64,000 bases of DNA, from the IMG/VR virus record IMGVR_UViG_3300021400_001346, positions 51,740 to 115,739 of that record; one strand, 5' to 3'. Below, piece by piece: positions 45,685-55,291 of this stretch (positions within the stretch are counted from its first letter, which is position 1; the number at the start of each line of letters is the position of its first letter). The notes beneath the pieces are model-generated. The model searched no databases. It had not been told where the DNA came from and saw only the letters and a list, made by a program, of their open reading frames with translations. The position numbers were made by a program, and so were the translations under genes. Source of the stretch: a virus (lineage: Duplodnaviria > Caudoviricetes).

Positions 45685-46195
45685 CAAACTCACCTGCCTT
45701 TGTTTTTATCCAGGCAATTGCGTCTTCAATGTTTGAAACTAAAACGCCGCCCTGTTTAATTAAACCAGTAACGTAAAGATTTTGATAACTATATTGTTGT
45801 TCGCCTAACGATGCCGCGCCACCCTCGTCTTTGGCTTGGCTATGCGTAAGGAACATTTGTCTATTGTCAGTACAAATGCCGACAATATATTTGTGGTCTC
45901 CTCTTTCAATTTTCTCGTGAAACTTACCGATTTCTGCGCAAGTGCCTGAAGGAAGAACGTCTCCATCAATGCAAGCTAAAAGAATATCAGTATTGTTTAA
46001 ACGTTGATTGTCTCCATTGGCGATTTCTTGTGAACCAGCGAATTTTTTCTTACCTTCAACGCCGTTAATATCAGTATTCTCAACTGGAGAATAGAGATCA
46101 ACGCCTGGGAAGGCAGCACGAATTTTTGCAGCCCATTCTGTATTTCGCAATAAATCACCATAGCAGAAGATTCCACCTGCTAGATAAATTTTCAT
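45677..46195 (-). CDS. Nucleoside 2-deoxyribosyltransferase/N-glycosidase family protein
   Basis: MKIYLAGG, YSP, D..DILLA.IDG..LPSGTCAEIG, NLYVTG motifs. Confidence 0.85.
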   Translation of the reverse strand: MKIYLAGGIFCYGDLLRNTEWAAKIRAAFPGVDLYSPVENTDINGVEGKKKFAGSQEIANGDNQRLNNTDILLACIDGDVLPSGTCAEIGKFHEKIERGDHKYIVGICTDNRQMFLTHSQAKDEGGAASLGEQQYSYQNLYVTGLIKQGGVLVSNIEDAIAWIKTKAGEFDE

Positions 46196-46242
46196 ATTAA
46201 AAACTCCTTTACTTGTATTTTAGTAAAGGAGATGGATTTTGT

Positions 46243-47934
46243 CTAATTTGATGATGTTGGTCTTTTTAATTGAGCAATAATAATATATCCAGTATTAAAA
46301 CTAGTTGGAACAGTATATTCGGCGTTTAGTTGATTAAGATCATTAATAATATAAGGAGGAGTTAAATTAGTTAAAGAAGGATTACCTGGCATAAAAATTT
46401 TATCATCACTATTAGAATTTGCTACAAAGTTTGAAATAGAAACAGAGCTTGGACGACTTGTTAAAGTTACTGTTGCATCTTTTGAAGGAAAAGTAAAAGG
46501 AGAATTGTCTGACGTACAATATAATCAACAATTTCCATAATTTTTTATTGTTCTGCCTATTTCTTTTTGATATTGAGAATATATTATTATTGATGGCTCC
46601 TCATTACTAGGAAGATGTGTATGATTTGTTGCATCTAATACTATTTGGTTTGACGCAAAAGGATTAAGCATTTTACGATTTAATCATTGTATATTAGTTT
46701 TAATATTATATACAGTATTAGCAATTCCTCCATATAAATTCTGTGTGCCAGGGTTGTCGTATCCATTTATTGCAACGGCATTAGCATTAGCATTAGATTT
46801 CCATTTAAAATCAAAAATAGGGGGAAATGCAAAACTTAGATTACCAGTTATATTAATTTCTCCTTCTTCTTGTGTATAATAGAATCAAGAGGTAGAGCTT
46901 CCTGCCCATGTATCAATTAACAAAGATTGATAGGCTTTTGGTGTATTACATGTAAAGTTAATAGGATATGAGTGTTGATTTAAAAATTTCTGTATAACAG
47001 TATTATTTTCAAAAGAACTTCCGCTAACAACAGACCAACTATCTTGTATATTAATTTTTAATGATGGTGATAACGTTAAAAAAGATTCTCAAGTTTCTGC
47101 GAATATAGGATAAAGAGCATCTTGATGTCAGCGACTAGTAAAAACAGAATCAGCAATAGTTTGACCTGTTATTTGGCTAGTTTTATTATACGCATATATC
47201 TTTTCTGTATTTTCTGACACATCTATTCCGGTAGGACCATTGCCAAAATCAACTAGAATTTGATTATTTGTTGGACCAGTTATAGAAACAATATGTCCTT
47301 CATTTCAATCAACAGCTACAATTCTATAATCTCTATCATTTAACCCAAAATTAGCGGGTTTTAAACCTACACCAGTTGGATTATTGAATGTATATAAACC
47401 AGTTGAACTAGAAGTTTGTGTAACAGGTCCTTGGAAACCTTTTGTTGCAATTCCATAATTATTAACTTGCACTCAATCTAAAATTGCTCCAGTTGGACCA
47501 ACAACTGGGATTGAAGATTTATTAATTTTTCCTGTGGACACGCCATTTGTCGAAACTTCAGCATAAAAAAATTGAGGTGATTGATTTACTCTATATAATT
47601 CTTGTGGTAAGATACCAATATTTAATTTTGTTAGTAAAGCATTTTGAGCTGGAGCATTAATAGTATGTGTTGTAGATAAATTTTGTATTGTAGTTGTTCC
47701 ATCAAGGGTATATTTGAATTTACTCTTAAAAGAAAAAGTAATAGTAATACTTCAATTTGATGCAGCACCAACAATATATAGACCATTGTTACTGCCACTT
47801 ATGGCACCCACATATTCCCCTTCAATACTTTTAGCGCCGATTAAATGCTTTAATTGTTCTAATGAGTTAATTCCATCAAATTCTTCATTTTCGTGGTCGC
47901 TTCAAATAAAAGCTGCATTATTGTCAATGGTCAT
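46243..47934 (-). CDS. Hypothetical beta-rich (virion-like) protein, 563 aa, 9 TGA(Trp); absent from the ORF track
   Basis: AGGAGG RBS then ATG 47934; read by hand to TAG 46243 with no TAA/TAG; N/S/T/I-rich with several GPT/PTG motifs. Confidence 0.85.
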
Positions 47935-47943
47935 AATTACCTC

Positions 47944-49293
47944 CTATACAAGGTCTCATCCTCTTGTATAATCTTTTAGTCTATATAATTGTTCAAAACG
48001 GCCCCACGCGCATACTATTAAATTATCTCTTGCACGAGTAAGTGCAACATATGCAACATTTAAATCTTCCATACTAGTAATAGGGTGATCAATAACAATA
48101 ACGTTGTCATATTCTAATCCTTTCGCTTGGTGAATAGTAGAGACATTAGTATATCCCATTTCTTGAATTTCCTTAACCCTTTTATTAGTACGGCAAAGCA
48201 CCATAGGGTTTTGATTTAACACTTTATAAAATTGAAGTGCCGCTTGTTCATTAGACAGATGCTTAACTACATCTTTATTATTAATATATATATTATTACC
48301 AAATGGGTCAAGTATAGACACAGACCCATCACTATCGCCGCGAGCGCAGTGTATCCCGGCTTGAGAAATACTTTGAACCGCAGAAATGCACGACTCATCT
48401 TCATCTTCAATAAATGGTTTTAAGCGTTGATAAACTTCACTTGCATAATCAACAATACATTGATAACTACGGTAATTATATTTAAGTTTATATAAATCAA
48501 AGTCATCTAACTTGGTAAATATTGCACCATCTGCGCCACGAAAAACGAAGATAGATTGCCAAGGGTCTCCTATAAAGAATTTTTTCTTGCAGATGACTTT
48601 CTTGAAGATATTAAATTGGGTTTCGTCAACGTCTTGGAATTCGTCTACAAATAAGGCATCAATTCCTCTAATGTCTTCGTGATAATATTCCAGCACGTCC
48701 CACAAGTAAAGTGGATAGTCAGTAAAATCATAGAGTTGATTATCGCGCTTATACTTAATATAGTGCCCTTCTAAAATGGCTAACATGCGGCGATAATTAT
48801 CACTTATGTCCATAATTTTATTTCCGCATACCCATGAATATAAAATGCCTAAATTAACTTTAATTCTTGGATTATTCTTTCTACGATAATCTTCTCAAAT
48901 ATCATTTAATATCATTTTGATATCGCCTTCTTGTAAAATACTTATCTTAAAATCATATTTTATTCCAAAGGCTTCTAATTGTTTGCGCGCTCAAACGTGT
49001 ATGGTAGTTACTTCCACGTCAAAAATACCCATATTGTGCAACCTTTCTTCCATTTCAGCGCGGGCGGCACGTGTATAGGTAATAGCGCAGATGCGGTCAT
49101 TGATATTATCATAACGATATGCGGCAACGGCGGTAATTAATGTATTAGTTTTGCCACTGCCAGCAGGGGCCTTAATGACAATGTTATCACTGTCGTTTTC
49201 TATTGCCGAACGTTGTGTATTATCAAGACGATTCAAATCTACTTCAAAGTTTTTATTTCTTGGTTCTTGTTTAAAAGCTGTTTCCAATTCCAT
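47944..49293 (-). CDS. UvrD/Rep-like SF1 helicase (compact), 449 aa, 3 TGA(Trp)
   Basis: APAGSGKT, ITYTRAA, TTIHVW, VDEFQD, GDPWQSIFVFRGA, NYRS, TIHQAKGLEYD, YVALTRAR. Confidence 0.9.
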
Positions 49294-49828
49294 CGTCTAG
49301 TCCTTTTTCTTTAAAATGCAAAACTTTATCATATTGCGCTTTAATGTCTTCAAGATGAGGGTCGGTGGTTAAATATTCACTCACAAATTGAGCGGTTGCG
49401 CGGCAATTATGTAAAGTCATTTTACTATCTTCCTTAGTATATAAATTTTCTACATATGGTAATAAATTAGGGTCTTTCTCAATGATTTCTCTAATTTTGT
49501 CTATAAACAAATCACAGTATGGTAAGTCTGCTTCATCGTCTTGAAAGTTAAAAACGGCATCAAATTTAAAATCATTTTTGTTCATATTCCCAAAAATAAT
49601 AATATCATCGTTTGTTTCAATTGCCGTTTTGACTAATCCTTTCGCGGCGACAGCGGCATAGAAGTAGGCCATCACCCAGTTGCCAACTGTTTTGGTAACC
49701 ACTAAATTGTCCATAAAAAGTGGCATAAAAAAGGTTTTATCTCTTGCATCGCCAGTTAGATTTTTATAAATAGCGGCGCACCAATGTACCCATTTTTCAT
49801 CACATGGGGTTAATACAAGTATTTTCAT
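49271..49828 (-). CDS. Hypothetical protein
   Basis: 185 aa, coupled to neighbours. Confidence 0.7.
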   Translation of the reverse strand: MKILVLTPCDEKWVHWCAAIYKNLTGDARDKTFFMPLFMDNLVVTKTVGNWVMAYFYAAVAAKGLVKTAIETNDDIIIFGNMNKNDFKFDAVFNFQDDEADLPYCDLFIDKIREIIEKDPNLLPYVENLYTKEDSKMTLHNCRATAQFVSEYLTTDPHLEDIKAQYDKVLHFKEKGLDDGIGNSF

Positions 49829-50298
49829 TAATCTTCTAATTCCTTTCTGCGGCGAACAGCCAAAGCATCAACGTAAATATTCCAACGATTGTTACTATGA
49901 CTTTTTACCTTAATAATTTCTATTTTAAAACGTTCTTTATTTTTAATCCAAAGTGCCACAATGCGGCGCCAGAGGTCTTGATTTTTGACATCTTGTTTAT
50001 CACTAGTTTTCCAACCATTACTTATCCAATTGCGGTACCACCCATCATTAAAGGCATTAACAATGTATGCGCTGTCGCAATAAATAGTTACCTTGGTATG
50101 ACTGGTTTGAATAGTGTCAATATTTTCAAGAGCGGACAAAATGGCGGTTAACTCCATACGATTATTAGTTGAGTATGGTTCGTAACCGCTTTGTTCATCA
50201 ATAATCATACCATCTTCTAAACAAACACTGGCCCATCCGCCCATTTCACTTTTGGCAGAATAAGCACCGTCTGTATAAAATTCTAATAATCTTGGCAT
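49828..50298 (-). CDS. rnhA: Ribonuclease HI
   Basis: YTDGA, STNNRMEL, YCDSAY, VKNQDLW, KVKSH, N.YVD.LA; start MPRLLEF at 50298. Confidence 0.92.
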   Translation of the reverse strand: MPRLLEFYTDGAYSAKSEMGGWASVCLEDGMIIDEQSGYEPYSTNNRMELTAILSALENIDTIQTSHTKVTIYCDSAYIVNAFNDGWYRNWISNGWKTSDKQDVKNQDLWRRIVALWIKNKERFKIEIIKVKSHSNNRWNIYVDALAVRRRKELED

Positions 50299-50302
50299 TT
50301 GT

Positions 50303-50767
50303 CTACTCCTTTTCAGCAAATTTAAAGATGTATTCTCCACATCTTATTTCAATATTAAATATATTATAAATGGTTGTATAATTAATTGCCCTTTTCAATA
50401 AGCCACGACTGCAGTGGACTTGGTCTAAAAGTTCAGCAGGAACATCAAGACGATGTTCACGAGGGCGGCCGCTAGATGAAACAATGATTTCAAAGAAGGT
50501 TGCCAAAGTAATATTGACATAACTCAAGAAGTCATCTGGTGAAATTTCTTTAGAAGTGTTTAAATCAAAGACAAAGGTAGTTGGTCTTTCACCAACTTCT
50601 TCACTTGCTTGATTGTAAGTTTTGTTTTCAAACACTAAAGCAATTTCGTCATGTAAGGCTTTTGGTGTAGTAAGGTGGTCGTCATCCATGTTGATTTCAA
50701 TATTAAGGAATTGAGTATCTTTTTTGGCTTCTTCAACCTTTAAAGTTAATAAGTTTAGAACTATCAT
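50303..50767 (-). CDS. Hypothetical protein
   Basis: 154 aa ORF in operon. Confidence 0.7.
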   Translation of the reverse strand: MIVLNLLTLKVEEAKKDTQFLNIEINMDDDHLTTPKALHDEIALVFENKTYNQASEEVGERPTTFVFDLNTSKEISPDDFLSYVNITLATFFEIIVSSSGRPREHRLDVPAELLDQVHCSRGLLKRAINYTTIYNIFNIEIRCGEYIFKFAEKE

Positions 50768-50769
50768 AA

Positions 50770-51348
50770 TTATTCTTCTCCTTTATTTTGTTCCTCAATC
50801 TTCCTTAAATATGTGAATACAGATACTTCTGCCCATACATCATTGTAAGCATTATGGGCTTGATGTAAATAATAACCGCATTCTTCGGCAATGTCTGCCA
50901 ACGTCAATTTATTATTGCGCTTTAAAATACGTTTAGCATTGTTAAAAGTGCAGTAACCATCAACGGCAGTGCCATTGTCTTTTAATAAGAAAATACCATT
51001 GTTTTCTAATACAAGGCGGTCATTACGCAACCCATGACTAATTAATAGGGTGTTGTTCAAGTCTATATCTTTTAAGAAGGTATCCTCTAAAAAGATAATT
51101 AAGTCTTTGAGCGGCACGCCATTTTCTGTTAAGAATGTATTAGTAATGGAGGTATATTCCATAAATGGATAACTAACTGTATCTGTGACATATGCATTAT
51201 AACTGCGGGCTAATTGGTAAGTTTCTTCATCAATACGTTGAAAGAGAAGACCCGCAAATTGAATTAATACTCCATTATTGAATTCTAAATCGACAAATAA
51301 TAAATAGGGGTGTTTTTCATTGTATGCTTTGATAATCATAACTAACAA
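50770..51348 (-). CDS. Second DEDDh exonuclease
   Basis: FVDLEF, SHGLRND, AHNAYNDV motifs; exact start uncertain (51348 or 51339). Confidence 0.75.
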   Translation of the reverse strand: MLVMIIKAYNEKHPYLLFVDLEFNNGVLIQFAGLLFQRIDEETYQLARSYNAYVTDTVSYPFMEYTSITNTFLTENGVPLKDLIIFLEDTFLKDIDLNNTLLISHGLRNDRLVLENNGIFLLKDNGTAVDGYCTFNNAKRILKRNNKLTLADIAEECGYYLHQAHNAYNDVWAEVSVFTYLRKIEEQNKGEE

Positions 51349-51737
51349 GAACCCGAATTCTTATTGCCGTCAGATTTGTCAGATGATTTATATGGGATTT
51401 GGTCAAAGAGGCTTTGTAGTCTATTAATAAAACCTTCTTCTTCCCATGCGCTTAAATGATTAGCGGCGCAATATTGATGTGCATAATTTATTATTTCACA
51501 TCTTTCATCGTCATTAAGCTCGGCAATATAAGGTTTAATTTGTTTTAATAAAGCTTCATATAATTCATTAATGATGGCGGCATTAACATCTGCATCTGAA
51601 TTACTTGGTGCAGTTGAATGAGCTGCAGCAATATTGAATAATGTAGTTAAAACACCTGATTCGTTTAGTTGAATTACTTCTTCTGCAGTAATTTCGACTG
51701 TGCAGGAAACATCGTTTTTGTGCATTTCAATTTTCAT
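51342..51737 (-). CDS. Hypothetical protein
   Basis: 131 aa, AAGGAG RBS, first gene after promoter. Confidence 0.7.
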   Translation of the reverse strand: MKIEMHKNDVSCTVEITAEEVIQLNESGVLTTLFNIAAAHSTAPSNSDADVNAAIINELYEALLKQIKPYIAELNDDERCEIINYAHQYCAANHLSAWEEEGFINRLQSLFDQIPYKSSDKSDGNKNSGSC

Positions 51738-51769
51738 AGTTTACTCCTTTTTATTATTTTACTGTTTAT

Positions 51770-51819
51770 AGTATAGAAACAAAAATCGTTTTTGTCAAGA
51801 GAATAGAAGATATTATAAT
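51770..51819. promoter_or_regulatory. Overlapping divergent sigma-A promoters
   Basis: Minus: TTGACA(51798-51793)-17-TATACT; plus: TTGTCA(51792)-16-TATAAT(51814). Confidence 0.65.
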
Positions 51820-51835
51820 TAATGGAGGCTAAAAT

Positions 51836-52288
51836 ATGAAGATTTCTTTAATTTTTAAGCGCATTTTATTTTACGTTTTGTCTCTTACTTGAGGCGCGCT
51901 ATTATCTATTCCCGGCTTAATAATTATTGCCGTGCTTGCAATTCAAGGCAAGGTCCGTTGTTATCATGGTCGTCTTTATGGCATCATTGGTGATAACTGG
52001 GGCGGCTTTAATTTAGGCTGTGTCTTCTTAGTGAGCCGTGTCGCCGCAAGAGATACAAGCTATGGTAATCACACAAGAGCACATGAAAGCGGGCATGGAT
52101 TACAAAATATGGTATTAGGTCCTTTTATGCTTTTTATCGTTACCATTCCATCTGTAATTAGATACTGGTATCGCAATTGAATGTTTAAGCATAATGCAGA
52201 TAAACCTTTACCTTCATATGACGCCATTTGGTTTGAAGGACAAGCAAGTGCACTAGGGGTAAAGTACGTCACTACAGATAAAATTTAA
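51836..52288 (+). CDS. Membrane zinc metallopeptidase-like protein, 150 aa, 2 TGA(Trp)
   Basis: LSLTWGALL, HESGH (HExxH), QNMVLGP, YDAIWFEGQA; GGAGG RBS. Confidence 0.75.
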
Positions 52289-52346
52289 CCCGGTCTGCCA
52301 TCATATCGGGTTAAGGTAAACCTTAACCCTCGCGGCGACCCATAAG

Positions 52347-52372
52347 AAAAGACCTCCTAGGAGGCCTTTTTT
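52347..52372. terminator. Bidirectional terminator
   Basis: AAAAGACCTCCTAGGAGGCCTTTTTT between convergent genes. Confidence 0.7.
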
Positions 52373-52958
52373 ATTCTTGGAAAATCAATTCGATACTATC
52401 AACGTAAAGGCTGTATGTAATGCTATGTACAAGTTCGAATGTTTTAGCAGCGCCACTTACATTAAAACTATATTCATATTTATCAGCCTCTGTGTTCCAA
52501 TTAATGACGGTTGGAGTTTCACTTTCTTTATTGAAAGTAAAGACAAGCGCGTGTTCGTTAGCATAAACTTTTTTGTCTGCATTGAGGACGATGTTAACTT
52601 TTTTGACATCTGCGTCAAACGCGTCTTCATTTTTAATGGCAGAGGATTTGCCGTTTTTAGTTCTCATTTGAATGCCATTGCCATAAGCGGCACATTCAAC
52701 AAAGCTGAACTTTTTGCCTCCAACAGTACTTTCTCCGTCCTTATAGGCGATGTTACTATCTGCATATCCCAATAAATTTGCGGCGGTAAGTTTAATTGGA
52801 TCAACAACGACAGGTTCTTCAATTACAGGGTCTTCAACGACAGGTTCCTCAACAGTAGGTTCATCAACATTAGGTTGTTCTTCAACGGCGTGTTGAGTTC
52901 CGCATCCAACTAATGTCATAGTGGCAGCGGCGATAAGAAAAAGATTTTTGATTTTCAT
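52371..52958 (-). CDS. Lipoprotein with acidic E/P/V linker
   Basis: MKIKNLFLIAAATMTLVG|C signal peptide II lipobox; EEQPNVDEPTVEEPVVEDPVIEEP linker; beta-rich domain; AAGGAG RBS. Confidence 0.8.
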   Translation of the reverse strand: MKIKNLFLIAAATMTLVGCGTQHAVEEQPNVDEPTVEEPVVEDPVIEEPVVVDPIKLTAANLLGYADSNIAYKDGESTVGGKKFSFVECAAYGNGIQMRTKNGKSSAIKNEDAFDADVKKVNIVLNADKKVYANEHALVFTFNKESETPTVINWNTEADKYEYSFNVSGAAKTFELVHSITYSLYVDSIELIFQE

Positions 52959-53185
52959 GTAAATGCTCCTTGTATAATCACTATACCTTAATATTTTAGT
53001 GCCGACGCCACGCCAAAGCAAATTTTTCTAGATGGTGGGACTTCTGCCGGCTCGCCGCGAGGTCAAGGTACTTGACCGATATAAAAGACAGCCTAGTCTT
53101 GAAAATCATCCGTATTTTTGTTTTTTGCAGAGAAATATTAGATATTATATTATAATAATGTAGATTAATTATGGAGGATATAATT

Positions 53186-54133
53186 ATGTCAGGATGAACA
53201 GGACCTACTGGGACACTAAGTTTTACCAACACTAGTGGCAATCAAGAAGGTAAAGTATATAATGCCAAAACTCAAACCATTGTTAAATATAAGAGAGACT
53301 TTGATTTCCAAGACTTAGGTCCAGAAGTTTTAGCACGTTATAGATATCAATATAAAGATATTTCAACACCATGGTGTAAATTAACTATTACTGGTGATAA
53401 TGTAGGCTTAAATCCAGTACAAGTTCACTGGGAGTCTAATATTGCTTTAAGTTTTGCTCGTTGGGTCATTTATTTTACAGGCGGTAGTTCTCGATTACAA
53501 ACGTGAGTGGACACTAAAACTTCTGCAACTGAAAATACAATAGGCAACTTCTCTGTCATGGACTTTGACCACATCGAAATTACTTTCACTCAACCAGTTA
53601 ATAATGCAAGTATTGCATCTGCTCTTACCACAGGAAAAGGTGTCTCTGTCATTAGTTTTGATGGTACAAAAATGTTTGATTGGAAACCAGTATTAGATAT
53701 GTCAACCAATCATCATGTCCTTACTGCAAAGGGCGTCTCTAATTTAAAGAAATTAACAACAGCAACTATCACTTTATCTACAGTCGCATTTAGTGAGTCT
53801 ACCATTATAGATATTACTAATCCATCTGTTTACCTTCCAGACGAAGGTGTATATCAACAATTGGGCGATAACTTTACATACAAAGGCGTCCTCCTTCACC
53901 CAGGACTTACTTCCTCTAGTGCAGCAAATACTTACTGGAAGAGTGTAAGCATTAGTAATACTTTTGATGGACCTGATATTTATTGGTTCCCATTAGACAA
54001 TAAGAGCACTAGTGCTTTACATGCTTCAGTAATCTTACCAGTTTCTTTAGCCAATACAAATAAATATTGTGTTGCAATTCTTGTACAAGACAATACTACT
54101 CATCAATTATACGGTTGGAATTATTCCAATTAA
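53186..54133 (+). CDS. Hypothetical beta-rich (virion-like) protein, 315 aa, 2 TGA(Trp)
   Basis: GGAGGA RBS; MSGWTGPTGTLSF with TGA at codon 4; co-framed with track ORF 53507. Confidence 0.75.
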
Positions 54134-54160
54134 AAAAGACCTCAATTCGAGGTCTTTTTA
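54132..54160. terminator. Bidirectional terminator
   Basis: AAAAAA-GACCTC-AATTC-GAGGTC-TTTTT. Confidence 0.85.
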
Positions 54161-54538
54161 TTTTTGTTTAAGATTATAAAGCACAGCTTCAATTTGAGTA
54201 GACAAGTATTTTTGTACGTCTCCAAAGTTTTCTTGAATATATGCAGTTAATTCAGGTGTAAGTTGTTCATTAATGATTGCTAAACATTTTTCTTTAGCAG
54301 CGGCTTGTTCTTTTGCATCGAACTTTCCATCATCCTTTAACGCATCAACGAAAATTTGTTGAATGGCTTGAACAGCACTTTGAATAATGCTTAATACTTG
54401 TCCGGCCATTTGTCTCATCTTCTCGTCTTTAATTTTAGTATTTAACCAAGCGATTAATCTACTAATGCCCCAAGATGTAAGGGCAGTAACGATAGTGCCA
54501 ATGGCTGACCAGAAAATTGTTCAAAATTCTTGTGGCAT
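54158..54538 (-). CDS. Holin (LL-H-like), 126 aa, TGA at codon 6
   Basis: MPQEFWTIFWSAIGTIVTALTSWGIS N-terminal TM helix, then AVQAIQQ...LKDDGKF...QIEAVL pattern. Confidence 0.7.
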
Positions 54539-54553
54539 GGTTTAATCATCTCC

Positions 54554-54934
54554 TTATTTATTGTTTTCTGGTGGTACTTTTGGTAGTTTTTCAATAGTTA
54601 ATTTCCATTGATCGACATATTCACGAAAGTGATTACCACCTAAATTTTTGTATGAGTCATAAAGTTCTTTTCAGTTGGCTTTGTCGCCGTCTTTAGCATA
54701 ACCACGTTCCTCATATTCATCTTTAAGACATTTCATTCTGTCTCGAAGTAAAGTAACGGTGCCTTCGCTATTACTAGTAAGCTTATTTTCAATACGATCC
54801 ATTTGTTCTTTTTTACTTTCTTCTTGTTCTTTCTTTTTATGAAAGTAATTATCGAAACTACGCTTAATTGCGTAACCAACAATTCCAGAGACTATCGCGC
54901 TTACTATAATGCTAAGTAGTCAGTTTCAGTCCAT
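54554..54934 (-). CDS. Holin-like membrane protein, 126 aa, TGA at codons 3 and 5 plus one internal; absent from the ORF track
   Basis: MDWNWLLSIIVSAIVSGIVGYAI TM helix, coiled coil, LLRDRM...ELYDSYKNLGGN motif common in Bacillota phage lysis cassettes. Confidence 0.7.
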
Positions 54935-55054
54935 GATACTAATTGTCCTCCTAGCGAGTAACGCTCGCTCCGAATTACAGAGTTATAACTCTCCATCATC
55001 TATACATAACATAGACGAAAAATTTAAATAAAGCAAATCGAAGGAAGCCTTTTT

Positions 55055-55083
55055 TTGTTATTTCTATTTTCTTCAGTTATACT
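55055..55083 (+). promoter_or_regulatory. Sigma-A-type promoter
   Basis: TTGTTA-17 bp-TATACT. Confidence 0.55.
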
Positions 55084-55111
55084 AATATTAATTAAAAAGG
55101 AGAATAATGCT

Positions 55112-55288
55112 ATGGATGTTAAACAAGACATTTTAGATTTTAAACAATCAATCATGAATTTTTCATTAGAAGAATTACAAGCTAAAAAAGAAGAACTTAA
55201 CAACCAACTTTCCAAGATGATTTTAGACAGCGACGTGGTAATTAAAATCGCCATAGTAGATGCCCTTATCGAAGAAAAGGAAAAATAG
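55112..55288 (+). CDS. Small coiled-coil hypothetical protein (58 aa)
   Basis: AAGGAG RBS, start MDVKQDIL. Confidence 0.7.
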   Translation: MDVKQDILDFKQSIMNFSLEELQAKKEELNNQLSKMILDSDVVIKIAIVDALIEEKEK

Positions 55289-55291
55289 TCT

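Larger units (their letters stand above)
52303..53082. repeat. Imperfect inverted repeat pair (52303-52338 and 53052-53082), each with an internal hairpin, flanking the lipoprotein gene
   Basis: ATATC-GGGTTAAGG-TAAA-CCTTAACCC-TCGCGGCGA (+) versus ATATC-GGTCAAG-TAC-CTTGACC-TCGCGGCGA (-). Confidence 0.6.

Noticed and set aside
52990-53100. tRNA (e.g. a UCA suppressor) in the GC-rich intergenic stretch
   Set aside because: No cloverleaf or T-loop GTTC signature on either strand; no tRNA recognised anywhere in the window by eye (tRNAscan-SE/ARAGORN should confirm).
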